Source: a bacterium (GTDB lineage: Bacteria; Electryoneota; Electryoneia; Electryoneales; Electryoneaceae). Taken from it: a stretch of DNA of 64,000 bases. Shown here in pieces: positions 55,393-64,000 of this stretch; positions within the stretch are counted from its first letter, which is position 1; every line of letters begins with the position of its first letter. The position numbers were made by a program, and so were the translations under genes. Under the pieces are notes generated by a model, which was not told where the DNA came from, searched no databases, and worked only from the letters and a program-made list of their open reading frames with translations. The stretch is taken from positions 8,427 to 72,426 of the forward strand of contig JAHLLH010000009.1 in the NCBI GenBank assembly GCA_020444265.1, written 5' to 3'.

Positions 55393-56697
55393 ATGAAGGC
55401 TGACATCACAGTACCCGCCGTCGGTGAATCAATCACCGAAGGGTTTATTGTCGAGTGGCATGTTGCAGATGGCGACACGGTCGAAGCCGACCAGCCGTTG
55501 TTCGAACTCGAGACCGACAAGATTACGATGACCATTGCAGCCGAACAGGCTGGAAAGGTCAGCATCTCGGTCGGCGAAGATAGCAAGGTCGAGGTCGGGC
55601 AGGTTGTCGGCAACATTGACAGCGATGGTGCTGGCAGCAGTGCGCCCGCACCTGCTGAGGAGAAGGCTGAATCTGCCCCCGAACCGAAGGTGGAAGAAGA
55701 GGCCCCCACCGCAGAGCAGGATTCGGGCAATGGCCAGGTGAATGAGTCCGCACTGGAAGAGTTGGCTCCTGCGGCACGTCGCCTGGTGCTCGAGAACCAG
55801 CTTGACCCGACGAAAATCGAAGGGTCGGGAAAGGGTGGACGCATCCTGAAAGAGGATGTGATGCGCTTCATGGAGAGCGGTCCGGCAGTGGAAGAAAAGG
55901 CTGCTCCCGCACCGAAGCCCCAGGCTGAAGCCAAACCTGCCGCTGCGAAGCCGGCACCAAAGCCGGCAGCACCACGTGATCCGGCCGAGCGTCAGACTCG
56001 CAAGCCGATGAGCACCATCCGTAAGCGCATTGCGGAACGTCTGGTTTCCGCCAAGCAGGATACCGCCATGCTGACCACCTTCAACGAGGTGGATATGACG
56101 AACCTGATGGCAATGCGTGCCAAGTACAAGGAGACCTACCAGAAGAAATATGGGGTCAAACTTGGGGTGATGTCGTTCTTCGTCAAAGCGGTAGTCGATG
56201 CGTTGAAGACGATCCCGGAAGTGAACCGGATGATCGACGGTGAGGACTTGATTGAAAATCACTACTACGACATCGGAATCGCGGTGAGCACGGAACGTGG
56301 TCTGATGGTCCCGGTGCTGCGCGATGCGGATCAGAAGAGCTTCTCCGAGATTGAACTCGAAATTGGTGACTTCGCTAAACGGGCACGAGACGGGAAGATC
56401 AAGCTCGACGAGCTCCAGGGTGGTGTCTTTACGATCACCAATGGTGGAGTTTTCGGGTCGCTGCTGTCCACCCCGATCCTCAACCCGCCGCAGAGTGCGA
56501 TCCTCGGTATGCACGGGATTAAGAAACGGCCGATTGTAGTGGAGAAGGATGGCGAGGATACCCTCGAAATCCGTCAGATGATGTACCTCGCGATGAGCTA
56601 CGATCACCGTGTGATTGATGGACGTGAATCGGTCACTTTCCTGAAGCGTATCATGGAGTGCATCGAGGACCCGGAACGGATGATGTTCGAGGTGTAA
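55393..56697 (+). CDS. sucB: Dihydrolipoyllysine-residue succinyltransferase (E2 of 2-oxoglutarate dehydrogenase)
   Basis: The lipoyl domain (ETDKITMTI), an Ala/Pro linker, the E3-binding region and the catalytic DHRVIDG are present. Confidence 0.93.
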   Translation: MKADITVPAVGESITEGFIVEWHVADGDTVEADQPLFELETDKITMTIAAEQAGKVSISVGEDSKVEVGQVVGNIDSDGAGSSAPAPAEEKAESAPEPKVEEEAPTAEQDSGNGQVNESALEELAPAARRLVLENQLDPTKIEGSGKGGRILKEDVMRFMESGPAVEEKAAPAPKPQAEAKPAAAKPAPKPAAPRDPAERQTRKPMSTIRKRIAERLVSAKQDTAMLTTFNEVDMTNLMAMRAKYKETYQKKYGVKLGVMSFFVKAVVDALKTIPEVNRMIDGEDLIENHYYDIGIAVSTERGLMVPVLRDADQKSFSEIELEIGDFAKRARDGKIKLDELQGGVFTITNGGVFGSLLSTPILNPPQSAILGMHGIKKRPIVVEKDGEDTLEIRQMMYLAMSYDHRVIDGRESVTFLKRIMECIEDPERMMFEV

Positions 56698-56723
56698 GTC
56701 TCTTTAACGTGTTTGTTAGTGAT

Positions 56724-56755
56724 GACCCGGGCAATCAAGATTGCCCGGGTTTCTT
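56724..56755 (+). terminator. Rho-independent terminator CCCGGGCAATC-AA-GATTGCCCGGG + TTTCTT
   Basis: The hairpin with T-rich tail lies 27 nt after the sucB stop. Its stem sequence is shared with the terminator at 15987. Confidence 0.8.
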
Positions 56756-56908
56756 ATGTGTGGTCCTTATCTGCAAGCTCCTTGATCCAGAGCACCTATC
56801 GTCTCCGGTCTCCATTCCCGATTGAGCTACCAGTCAAGCAGAATCGGCAAGCAACGTCGTATCGTACGGTACGACGTAAGGAGGTCCTAACTAGGGAGGG
56901 TGCTGCGA

Positions 56909-57298
56909 ATGAATATCTTCATCTGGGTTGTACAAGTGCTGGTTGCGTTGTTGTTCCTGATGTCTGGATTTTTCAAAGGGTTTATTCCGATTGAGCAGAT
57001 GGCCTCGCAGGGGGCGATTTGGGTGACGACTGTGCCAGCGTGGATGGTAAAGGCTGCGGCTGCGACAGACATCCTCGGTGGGTTGGGGCTTCTGCTGCCT
57101 TCGATCCTGCGCATCCGGCCGCGCCTGACGATCATCGCGGCATGGTGCCTCATCCTGCAGATGGTGCTCGCGGTGGTGGTCCATCTCCGAGCGGGTGATA
57201 TCCAGGTCATCGGGATGAATGTTTTCCTGATCGTGGGAACCGCTTTCATCATCTGGGGTCGAACGAAGAAGGCGCCCATCGCTCCACGGGGCGCATGA
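56909..57298 (+). CDS. DoxX family membrane protein
   Basis: The ~130-aa protein has 4 TM segments with the DoxX-like pattern. An SD (AGGGAGGG) lies 9 nt upstream of the ATG at 56909. Confidence 0.7.
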   Translation: MNIFIWVVQVLVALLFLMSGFFKGFIPIEQMASQGAIWVTTVPAWMVKAAAATDILGGLGLLLPSILRIRPRLTIIAAWCLILQMVLAVVVHLRAGDIQVIGMNVFLIVGTAFIIWGRTKKAPIAPRGA

Positions 57299-57352
57299 AT
57301 AAAAACGGCCAGGTCAAAAGAGCTGGCCGACTGCTTTGCTACCCATCAAACC

Positions 57353-58897
57353 TCACTTTACCAACAGCATCTTTCGCACAATTTCGCCGCCCTTGTGTGA
57401 CAGCTTGTAGAAGTAGATTCCGCTGGATGCATCGGTGCGTTGGTCTGGATCCAGGTTCCAGACCACTTCATGTCGTCCGGCGCTGAGGGTGCCACGAGCA
57501 AGCTCTGCGACCTGTTGGCCAAGGCTGTTGTAAACGGAGAGGGTGACCTCGGAAGCGGCTGGCAGGCTGAACGCGATAATGGTGCTCGCGTTGAATGGGT
57601 TCGGGTAGTTCGGCTCGAGCTGGAAACGATCTGGCAGGCTGCTCTGCTCGGTTTCGCCGCTGGAGGCAGTGTCCGCGTCACGCACTAGTCGCACGTAGTT
57701 GTAAATGCGGATCACATCGCCCTGGGGACCGTGCCCGTAGGGATAGTCATCCGGGTTGCCCGCCTTCGGGTCACTCCGCTGGGCACCGGCACCGTGCACA
57801 TCAAGCAGCTGGTAGTTGCCCGATTCTGGTGGCATCTCCATCCATCCCAGCGCACGTCCAAAGCTGATATACGCCGCGCCACGATACTGAATGTCGGCAG
57901 GACCATCGATGTGAGTCGTGTTCGACCAGTAGAAGGGGTACTCATTATCTTCGATTTCCGGCACCTCGAAGAGGGGGTCGATTGCGGGGGAATTCGTGAT
58001 GCCTGGCGCACGGCTGTAATCCGCAATGCTCTGTAATTCCTTGATGTTCGGCAAGCGCCAGTCATTGTAACCGAGGTAAACCTCCCCGTTCATCTGCTGG
58101 ACCCATGCGAGCGCTTCCTGCCAGTTCAGGCCATCATCACTGCTGGCCGCAGACCACATCAGTCCGGTTGCCGCATCGGTGATGGTACCCTCCCCGTTGT
58201 TGGTGTAATCGTTGTTGCCGTACTCGGGGTTGCCTCGCACATACCGAGCGTATAGCACATTGTCACTCCCTGCCTCGGGACGCAGTTTCGGATAACATTT
58301 GATCCGGCCATCCGCGAAATTCACCCCAAAAACACCATCCATTCCGACCATCACCTCGTCCAGATTCTCGGTGGCAGTCCAGTCCTGGCAGTCGATAAAA
58401 CGTTCCCCCTGGTTCTCATCGCCGTATTCAAAACCGAAGTAGTCGGTATCGATGAAGGGCTGCGAAGTTTCGATCGATGTACCCATGTAGCCGGTAAAGA
58501 GGATCAGGCTGTAGAGTTCCTTGATGGTGGGCATGCGCCAGTCGTCATACCCGCCTACGTCACAGCTGGATGCTCCTGCAATGGCATCATCCCAGCTGAT
58601 TTTCTCGCCACGATCCTGCACCCACATCAGACCGGTCACCAGGTCGGAGATGGTGCCGTCGCCATTGTCCAGATAGGAGGGTTGGTTGCCTGTGAACTGC
58701 CCATCCTGGCCGTAAAAGTCCTCGTCTGCTGCAGGAGTGTCAATTGGCGCGGTGTTGTTGAAGGTCTGGAGCTGTCCGGTGTCGACAATTGGGTAGCTCT
58801 GAGCAGACGCTGTGGCATATAAACTGAGGCAAAGCAGGGTGCTTGCCAGCAATCGGATCGCCTGTCGAGTCCGATAGGGGGTGCGTGGCCGGTTCAT
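57353..58897 (-). CDS. DUF1566 (Lcl C-terminal-like) domain protein with a T9SS C-terminal sorting domain
   Basis: A signal peptide is present. Two DUF1566-type repeats occur (GLMWVQD...WDDAI...GGYDDWRMPTIKEL; YNDWRLPNIKELQSI). The C-terminus (YPNPFNASTIIAFSL...RKMLLVK) matches the Por sorting-domain pattern. Confidence 0.7.
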   Translation of the reverse strand: MNRPRTPYRTRQAIRLLASTLLCLSLYATASAQSYPIVDTGQLQTFNNTAPIDTPAADEDFYGQDGQFTGNQPSYLDNGDGTISDLVTGLMWVQDRGEKISWDDAIAGASSCDVGGYDDWRMPTIKELYSLILFTGYMGTSIETSQPFIDTDYFGFEYGDENQGERFIDCQDWTATENLDEVMVGMDGVFGVNFADGRIKCYPKLRPEAGSDNVLYARYVRGNPEYGNNDYTNNGEGTITDAATGLMWSAASSDDGLNWQEALAWVQQMNGEVYLGYNDWRLPNIKELQSIADYSRAPGITNSPAIDPLFEVPEIEDNEYPFYWSNTTHIDGPADIQYRGAAYISFGRALGWMEMPPESGNYQLLDVHGAGAQRSDPKAGNPDDYPYGHGPQGDVIRIYNYVRLVRDADTASSGETEQSSLPDRFQLEPNYPNPFNASTIIAFSLPAASEVTLSVYNSLGQQVAELARGTLSAGRHEVVWNLDPDQRTDASSGIYFYKLSHKGGEIVRKMLLVK

Positions 58898-59114
58898 GAT
58901 GATCTCCCTTGGTCAACGTGGCCCTTCCTGCCAATGGGACGATCCTGAAAGCGGATGGTTTAACGAAGCTACACAATATGTACAGTTGTTCGCCGAGAGG
59001 CACACGCATGGCACGCTCCGGTGTCCCCCAAACCCCTATATTCCTCATTCCCGGCCGGGCAGAGAGGGTGTTCGGTTCTGGGATGAACTGCTAGACCTCG
59101 ACATGGAGCGAGTG

Positions 59115-60509
59115 ATGGAACGCTTTGACTACGCGGTAATCGGATCCGGCCCGGCGGGTTATGTTTCGGCCATTCGTGCCGCTCAGCTTGGTTTGAAAAC
59201 GGTCTTGATCGAAAAGGACAACAGCCTGGGCGGGACCTGCCTGAATGTTGGTTGCATCCCATCCAAAGCTCTGCTGGAAAGCAGCGAGCATTTTGAGGCC
59301 GCCGAGAAGAAGTTTGCTGATCATGGCATCACTGTCGGCACGCCAAAGATTGATGTCAGCACGATGATGGATCGTAAGTCGACTGTCGTCAAGACACTGA
59401 CTGACGGAATCGCGATGCTGATGAAGAAAAACAAGATTACGGTGCTGCAGGGCAAAGGACGCTTGAAGGGCGAAGGTCAGGTCGAGGTGGAAGGCAAGGA
59501 CGGCAAGCAAATTGTCGAAGCCGATGCGATCTGTCTTGCGATGGGCAGCGAACCGGTCGAACTACCGTTCATGAAGTTTGATGGCAAACGGATTGTCAGC
59601 TCGACCGAAGCGCTCGCTTTCGACAAAGTGCCGAAGCACCTGATCGTGATCGGCGGCGGCGCGATCGGCCTTGAGATGGGCTCGGTTTGGGCACGTCTCG
59701 GCGCGAAAGTGACTGTCATCGAAATGATGCCGCAGATTACCCCCTTCGCGGATAAGGCTATGGCGAAAACCCTTCAACGCTCTCTCGAAGGTCAGGGCCT
59801 GGAGTTCATGCTCCAGACCAAGGTGACCGGCGCCGAGGTTCAGAAGACCCAGGTCAAGGTCTCCATCGAGGACAAGAAGGGTGAAGCGGGCGAAGTGAAG
59901 GGCGATGTGGTGCTGGTGGCGGTGGGACGTAAACCCTTCACTACAGACTGCGGCCTCGAAGAAGCCGGGGTGAAGATGGAGAAGGGGCAGGTTGTCATTG
60001 ATGACCAGTTCCGCACGAACCTGAAGGGTGTCTACGCGATCGGTGATCTGGTGCGTGGCCCGATGCTCGCTCACAAGGGCGAGGAAGAGGGCATTGCGGT
60101 CGCCGAGATCATCGCCGGGCAGCCGGGGCATGTCAACTACGATGTCATCCCGAATGTCGTCTACACCCACCCTGAGCTCGCCTCGGTTGGCATCCATGAG
60201 GCCGAAGCGAAGGAGCAGGGGATCAAGACGAAGAGTGGCAAATTCCTCTTCCGTGGCCTGGCACGTATCCAGACGATGGGCGAAAGCGATGGGATGGTGA
60301 AGATCGTGGCAGACGCTGAGACAGATCGCATCCTCGGCGCGACCATTGTCGGCCCTCGTGCCTCTGAGATCATCGGCGAGCTGACGGTTGCGATGGAGTT
60401 CCGTGCCAGCAGCGAGGATGTGGCCCGTACGACCCATGCCCACCCAACTCTCTCTGAAGTGGTCAAGGAAGCCTGCCTCGCGGTCGATGGACGTGCGATT
60501 CATGGCTGA
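59115..60509 (+). CDS. lpdA: Dihydrolipoyl dehydrogenase (E3)
   Basis: The FAD-binding GxGxxG (AVIGSGPAGY), the redox-active disulfide (GGTCLNVGCIPSK) and the C-terminal HAHPTLSE are present. The start was chosen at the ATG preceded by GGAG. Confidence 0.93.
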   Translation: MERFDYAVIGSGPAGYVSAIRAAQLGLKTVLIEKDNSLGGTCLNVGCIPSKALLESSEHFEAAEKKFADHGITVGTPKIDVSTMMDRKSTVVKTLTDGIAMLMKKNKITVLQGKGRLKGEGQVEVEGKDGKQIVEADAICLAMGSEPVELPFMKFDGKRIVSSTEALAFDKVPKHLIVIGGGAIGLEMGSVWARLGAKVTVIEMMPQITPFADKAMAKTLQRSLEGQGLEFMLQTKVTGAEVQKTQVKVSIEDKKGEAGEVKGDVVLVAVGRKPFTTDCGLEEAGVKMEKGQVVIDDQFRTNLKGVYAIGDLVRGPMLAHKGEEEGIAVAEIIAGQPGHVNYDVIPNVVYTHPELASVGIHEAEAKEQGIKTKSGKFLFRGLARIQTMGESDGMVKIVADAETDRILGATIVGPRASEIIGELTVAMEFRASSEDVARTTHAHPTLSEVVKEACLAVDGRAIHG

Positions 60510-60561
60510 TGATCTGCCCTGATACGACTTCAAATCCCTGGCTCTGCCGGGGATTTTTTGT

Positions 60562-61650
60562 TTAGAAGGCCTGGAACGTGTGGGTCCAGCGAATCGAAGG
60601 AATGAAGCCATAGAAGAGCATCAAGTCGATGGTGTCCTTCGGCCATATGTAACGATAGGCAACCGATCCAATCATAGTATCCTGTATAGCCATGAAATCG
60701 AGCACGATTTTGGTGCTGGCGCTGGTTCGTTTCTGTAAACTTGTCCAGAAAACCGTAAAGTCGCCACCAGCGCTTGCTCCGGCAGCAACTGTTATCGAAG
60801 TGTTTGAACCCAGGGTATAGATAAGAAATGGGGCTGCCCGGAAATGGTTATTTCGCTCGTCCGTCAGTTGAAACCATTCTGGTTCAAACTGACCGGACGC
60901 ATGGCCGTGCCCCTCAATGAGGTCCGCATAAACTCCCATCCCGAAGGTATGAGTGGGACTCTCGAACAGGGTCGACTTGAGTGTACCGAAATAGACCGGC
61001 TCACTGAAGTAATGCGGGATGGCGGTGGCGTGAAGAGCGGTTCGGTTCGGGAAGGTCATTGAGATACCGGGAAATGGCAGCGTCCAGATCGACGTAAGGT
61101 TCAAACCAAACTGCCATGGGCGAGCTGGGGCGGCTGCCGTCGGCATGAGCGCTCCGAACCCCGAATCGTCAAACAGGCGATACTGCCCCTCGGCGATATC
61201 ATTCTGGTCGATTTCACCAATCGCCCGTATGCCGGAAATTGCAAACTGAACAGTCCGGTTGGACTGAAGTGTAGTTCCTTCCATCACCCGACCTTGCCAG
61301 CGTAACGACTTCAGGTTAAACGCCACCCCGTAAGAATCGGTCACACGGATTGAACAATGAGGTTCGGGGAGAAACAAGGATCCGGATCGTCCTCGATGGG
61401 CCAGGAATCTGAAGAGATCATAGGTGATTGAATTGGTGTCCGCCACATCGCCACTATAAATCAGTATCAATTCTGGCGGTTGTTCGTATAGCTCAATCTG
61501 GATAAGGGTAGAATCCGAGGCAAAGAGATCCGGATGCATGGAACTGCTTCGCTCGATGGTCATAAAGGGTATGATTTCCTTGCCAAATGAGACCTGACAG
61601 AGAGAGAGGAGAAGGGGAAAGAGTAGAATGATTCGAACAGCTCGGCTCAT
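60562..61650 (-). CDS. Hypothetical outer-membrane beta-barrel protein (lower-GC gene)
   Basis: A signal peptide is present and the C-terminus ends ...WTHTFQAF. No other motifs were seen. Confidence 0.45.
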   Translation of the reverse strand: MSRAVRIILLFPLLLSLCQVSFGKEIIPFMTIERSSSMHPDLFASDSTLIQIELYEQPPELILIYSGDVADTNSITYDLFRFLAHRGRSGSLFLPEPHCSIRVTDSYGVAFNLKSLRWQGRVMEGTTLQSNRTVQFAISGIRAIGEIDQNDIAEGQYRLFDDSGFGALMPTAAAPARPWQFGLNLTSIWTLPFPGISMTFPNRTALHATAIPHYFSEPVYFGTLKSTLFESPTHTFGMGVYADLIEGHGHASGQFEPEWFQLTDERNNHFRAAPFLIYTLGSNTSITVAAGASAGGDFTVFWTSLQKRTSASTKIVLDFMAIQDTMIGSVAYRYIWPKDTIDLMLFYGFIPSIRWTHTFQAF

Positions 61651-61766
61651 CGTTTTCTCGGTGTTGTGCAGGAATGCTGATTAGGTGCAAAGTAGTTCGT
61701 AATTTGCAGGAACACAATTCCGGTGGAAACGGGCGAAACAAAGCGGTTGTTGGGAGGAGGCTATAG

Positions 61767-62216
61767 GTGGGGAAACGTGGTGAAGGATGGGTTGCAATCC
61801 AGGCGGTGATTTTTGCGGCGATTTTTTTCGCGCCGAGATGTTGCGAAGGGGTGTTTCCGCTTGTTGTACGAATCATGGGCTGGAGCTTGTTTGCAGCGTC
61901 AGGTCTCTTTGCAACCTGGGCTTTTGTGGCGCTGGGCAGCAACCTGACCCCTTTCCCGAAGCCGGTTGAGGGGAACCAATTCGTGCGCAATGGTCCCTTC
62001 GGAATTGTCCGTCACCCGATCTACACCAGTGTCATCTTCGGTTCGCTTGGCTGGTCACTGGGATTATCCTCATGGCCCGGTATCGGTCTTTCTATCCTGC
62101 TCTTCCTCTTCTTTGAACTCAAGTCACGGCGTGAGGAACGGTGGCTGGAGGAGCTGCACGAGGAATACAGGAACTACAAGAGAAGCGTGCACAAGATAAT
62201 TCCCTTCCTTTATTGA
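61767..62216 (+). CDS. Isoprenylcysteine carboxyl methyltransferase (ICMT/PEMT) family membrane protein
   Basis: The C-terminal pattern RHPIYTSVIFGSLGW...ELKSRREERWLEELHEEY is typical of the ICMT/PEMT family. Confidence 0.65.
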   Translation: MGKRGEGWVAIQAVIFAAIFFAPRCCEGVFPLVVRIMGWSLFAASGLFATWAFVALGSNLTPFPKPVEGNQFVRNGPFGIVRHPIYTSVIFGSLGWSLGLSSWPGIGLSILLFLFFELKSRREERWLEELHEEYRNYKRSVHKIIPFLY

Positions 62217-62249
62217 CCCTTGTACCTGAAAGAGTAGTAGATAGATCAA

Positions 62250-63344
62250 ATGGGGCTTGGCGGGACCCTTTCTCCTGCCTACATTTGCCTCGCCGGATCG
62301 CATCAACCAGTTTGGGGCAGGACTGTGAGCGACAGCCACCACATTTCTCAGATTGATCTATCGTCCACGGATATCAGCTTCCGTCCCGCGCCCTTGCGAC
62401 CAGGACGGATCCTCGTAGTCGGTGCTGCCGTGCTCGATAGGATCTATTATGTTGAGCATCTACCTCGTCCCGGAGAAACAGCCATTGGAAGCCGTACAGA
62501 GGTTCACTCTGGTGGCAAAGGAGCCAATCAGGCGCTCGCGGCACGGAAGATGGATGCCGACGTACGTTTCCTGAGTGCCGTTGGGGATGACGAAGCAGGC
62601 GAGATGGTGCTCAAACCATTGCGCGATGCTGGAGTGAACACCGAGACAGTCGCCATCATTCCCGGTGTTGCCACCGCCGAGGCGAGTATCTCGGTGGATG
62701 TGCGTGGCGAGAACCAGATCACCGCCTGCCCCGGTGCCTACCATCAGCTTACCCCGGAAATGATTGCGACCAGCCATGAGGCCTTCGAATGGGCGCAGGT
62801 GCTCTTGATTCAGAATGAACTGCCACGTGCCACGGTGGATGCTGCGATTAAGTTGGCAAAAGAGGTCGGACTGAAGATTATTTTTAACCCGGCTCCGTTC
62901 CGTCCCAATTCGCCACCCCCGCCACGTGACTTGTACGCCATCATTCCCAACGAGATCGAGGCGGCGGGCCTGCTCGGGCAACCAGACTACTTTGGCCTGA
63001 CCCCGCGTGAACGGACTGCCCGCTGGACCGGCTTCGGCGCGGAGCATGTGATTGTGACTCTCGGTCGGAATGGAGGCGAATGGTACGACCCCTTCGGGCA
63101 CCGTCGCGCCTTTGAGGTTGAAGCGGAGACACCTGTCGATTCGGTGGGTGCGGGTGATGCCTTTTGCGGTATCCTGACTGCGCTTCTGGCTGAGGGGATG
63201 GACATGGACAAAGCAATCCGTGTCGCCCATTCCGGCGCGAGCATCAGTGTGACCAAACGTGGCGCGCAGGAAGGGTTGCCAAGCCGTGAAGAGCTGGCGG
63301 AGTACCTGAAAAAGCATCCGAAAGATGTGACTCTACGTCCCTGA
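62250..63344 (+). CDS. PfkB-family carbohydrate kinase (ribokinase-like)
   Basis: GGKGANQA and DSVGAGDAF (PfkB signatures 1 and 2) are present. The N-terminus is ~45 aa longer than usual, and an in-frame TTG at 62394 (MRPGRILVVG) may be the true start. Confidence 0.75.
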   Translation: MGLGGTLSPAYICLAGSHQPVWGRTVSDSHHISQIDLSSTDISFRPAPLRPGRILVVGAAVLDRIYYVEHLPRPGETAIGSRTEVHSGGKGANQALAARKMDADVRFLSAVGDDEAGEMVLKPLRDAGVNTETVAIIPGVATAEASISVDVRGENQITACPGAYHQLTPEMIATSHEAFEWAQVLLIQNELPRATVDAAIKLAKEVGLKIIFNPAPFRPNSPPPPRDLYAIIPNEIEAAGLLGQPDYFGLTPRERTARWTGFGAEHVIVTLGRNGGEWYDPFGHRRAFEVEAETPVDSVGAGDAFCGILTALLAEGMDMDKAIRVAHSGASISVTKRGAQEGLPSREELAEYLKKHPKDVTLRP

Positions 63345-63434
63345 GGTCCCTCCGAGGCAGGTGGCGGGGATCACGCCCAATCCGAAAATGTTTGTCCTAC
63401 CTTTCTCCCATCACCAACACACCGGGAGAGAATC

Positions 63435-64000
63435 ATGAGTATCGCAAAGGGTGGAGTCCTGACCGGCGACCAGGTGCAGGAACTCTTCACCATCGCCAAA
63501 GAACATGAGTTCGCCCTGCCGGCCGTGAATGTAACCGGCACGAACACGGTCAACGCAGCCCTCGAGACCGCTGCGGAAATGGAATCCCCGATTATCATCC
63601 AGCTCAGCAATGGCGGCGCACATTTCTACGCCAGCAAAGGGCTCGATAACTCCGACCAGAGTGCAGCGATTGTCGGTGCGGTGTCGGCGGCCAAACATGT
63701 GCATGAGGTGGCAAAACTGTACGGTGTCCCGGTGATCCTGCACACTGACCATGCAGCCAAAAAGCTGATGCCCTGGGTCGATGGCATGCTCTCTGCGAAC
63801 GAGGAGTTCTACCCGCGTCACCAGCATGCCTTGTTCTCCAGCCACATGATGGACCTCAGCGAAGAACCGCTCGAAGAAAACATCGCCCTCTGCAAAGATC
63901 GTCTCGCCCGCATGGACAAGATCGGCATCACCCTCGAGATCGAACTTGGGGTGACCGGCGGGGAAGAGGATGGGGTCGACAACACCGATGTTGACAGCAG
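63435..64000 (+). CDS. fba: Fructose-bisphosphate aldolase, class II (3' end lies outside the window)
   Basis: The N-terminal part reads MSIAKGGVLTGDQVQELF...PVILHTDHAAKKLMPWVDGML. The frame is open to the window end, and the ORF is not in the supplied track because no stop codon occurs within the window. Confidence 0.85.
   Translation, partial: MSIAKGGVLTGDQVQELFTIAKEHEFALPAVNVTGTNTVNAALETAAEMESPIIIQLSNGGAHFYASKGLDNSDQSAAIVGAVSAAKHVHEVAKLYGVPVILHTDHAAKKLMPWVDGMLSANEEFYPRHQHALFSSHMMDLSEEPLEENIALCKDRLARMDKIGITLEIELGVTGGEEDGVDNTDVDS

Noticed and set aside
55429-56607. 392-aa minus-strand ORF (and 54822..55934, 370 aa)
   Set aside because: Both are antisense to sucB and the sucA 3' end, and their products are compositionally biased.
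59562-60611. 349-aa minus-strand ORF
   Set aside because: It is antisense to lpdA.
1-64000. Search for CRISPR arrays, integrase/transposase genes, tRNA/rRNA genes
   Set aside because: I found no short direct-repeat arrays, no recombinase-like ORFs, and no tRNA T-arm/acceptor patterns or rRNA conserved blocks by eye. Their absence is reported rather than a feature.

Overview
This is a GC-rich 64 kb chromosomal segment, probably from an FCB-group (Bacteroidota-like or related candidate phylum) bacterium. The evidence for that placement is five proteins ending in a type IX secretion (Por/T9SS) C-terminal sorting domain. It is densely coding, with about 55 CDS on both strands. Housekeeping genes include gyrA, rex, rsgA, menA, a SUI1-family factor, sucA-sucB...lpdA, class II fructose-bisphosphate aldolase, acetoacetyl-CoA synthetase, an Old Yellow Enzyme, a TrpB2-type PLP enzyme, sfsA and a PfkB kinase. 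Accessory content includes T9SS cargo proteins (vWA, BNR/Asp-box beta-propellers, DUF1566), an AttH-like protein with a MacB-type ABC pair, two tandem 7TM-receptor/GAF/PP2C phosphatase paralogues, and a cupredoxin / sensor kinase / porin operon. The most unusual locus is a minus-strand operon at 41066..45711. It joins an octaheme c-type cytochrome that has a C-terminal membrane anchor, a HydC/FdnI-type dihaem cytochrome b, two YeeE/YedE sulfur-transporter genes (one fused to a rhodanese-like domain that lacks the active-site Cys) and a hypothetical cytoplasmic protein. This locus lies in a ~6 kb island flanked by two paralogous 793-aa BNR-repeat T9SS proteins. I could not identify rRNA, tRNA, CRISPR arrays, integrases or transposases. 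Non-coding features worth attention are a 1 kb ORF-free divergent region upstream of gyrA, a 95-bp AT-rich element with 29-bp perfect terminal inverted repeats in front of the TrpB2 gene, a 19-bp perfect palindrome in front of the acetoacetyl-CoA synthetase gene, a recurring CCCGGGCAA-stem terminator hairpin, and a large imperfect inverted repeat downstream of menA. Start codons are uncertain for several genes because the supplied ORF track translates GTG/TTG starts as M. Every functional call is a similarity or motif judgement made by eye, without database searches.
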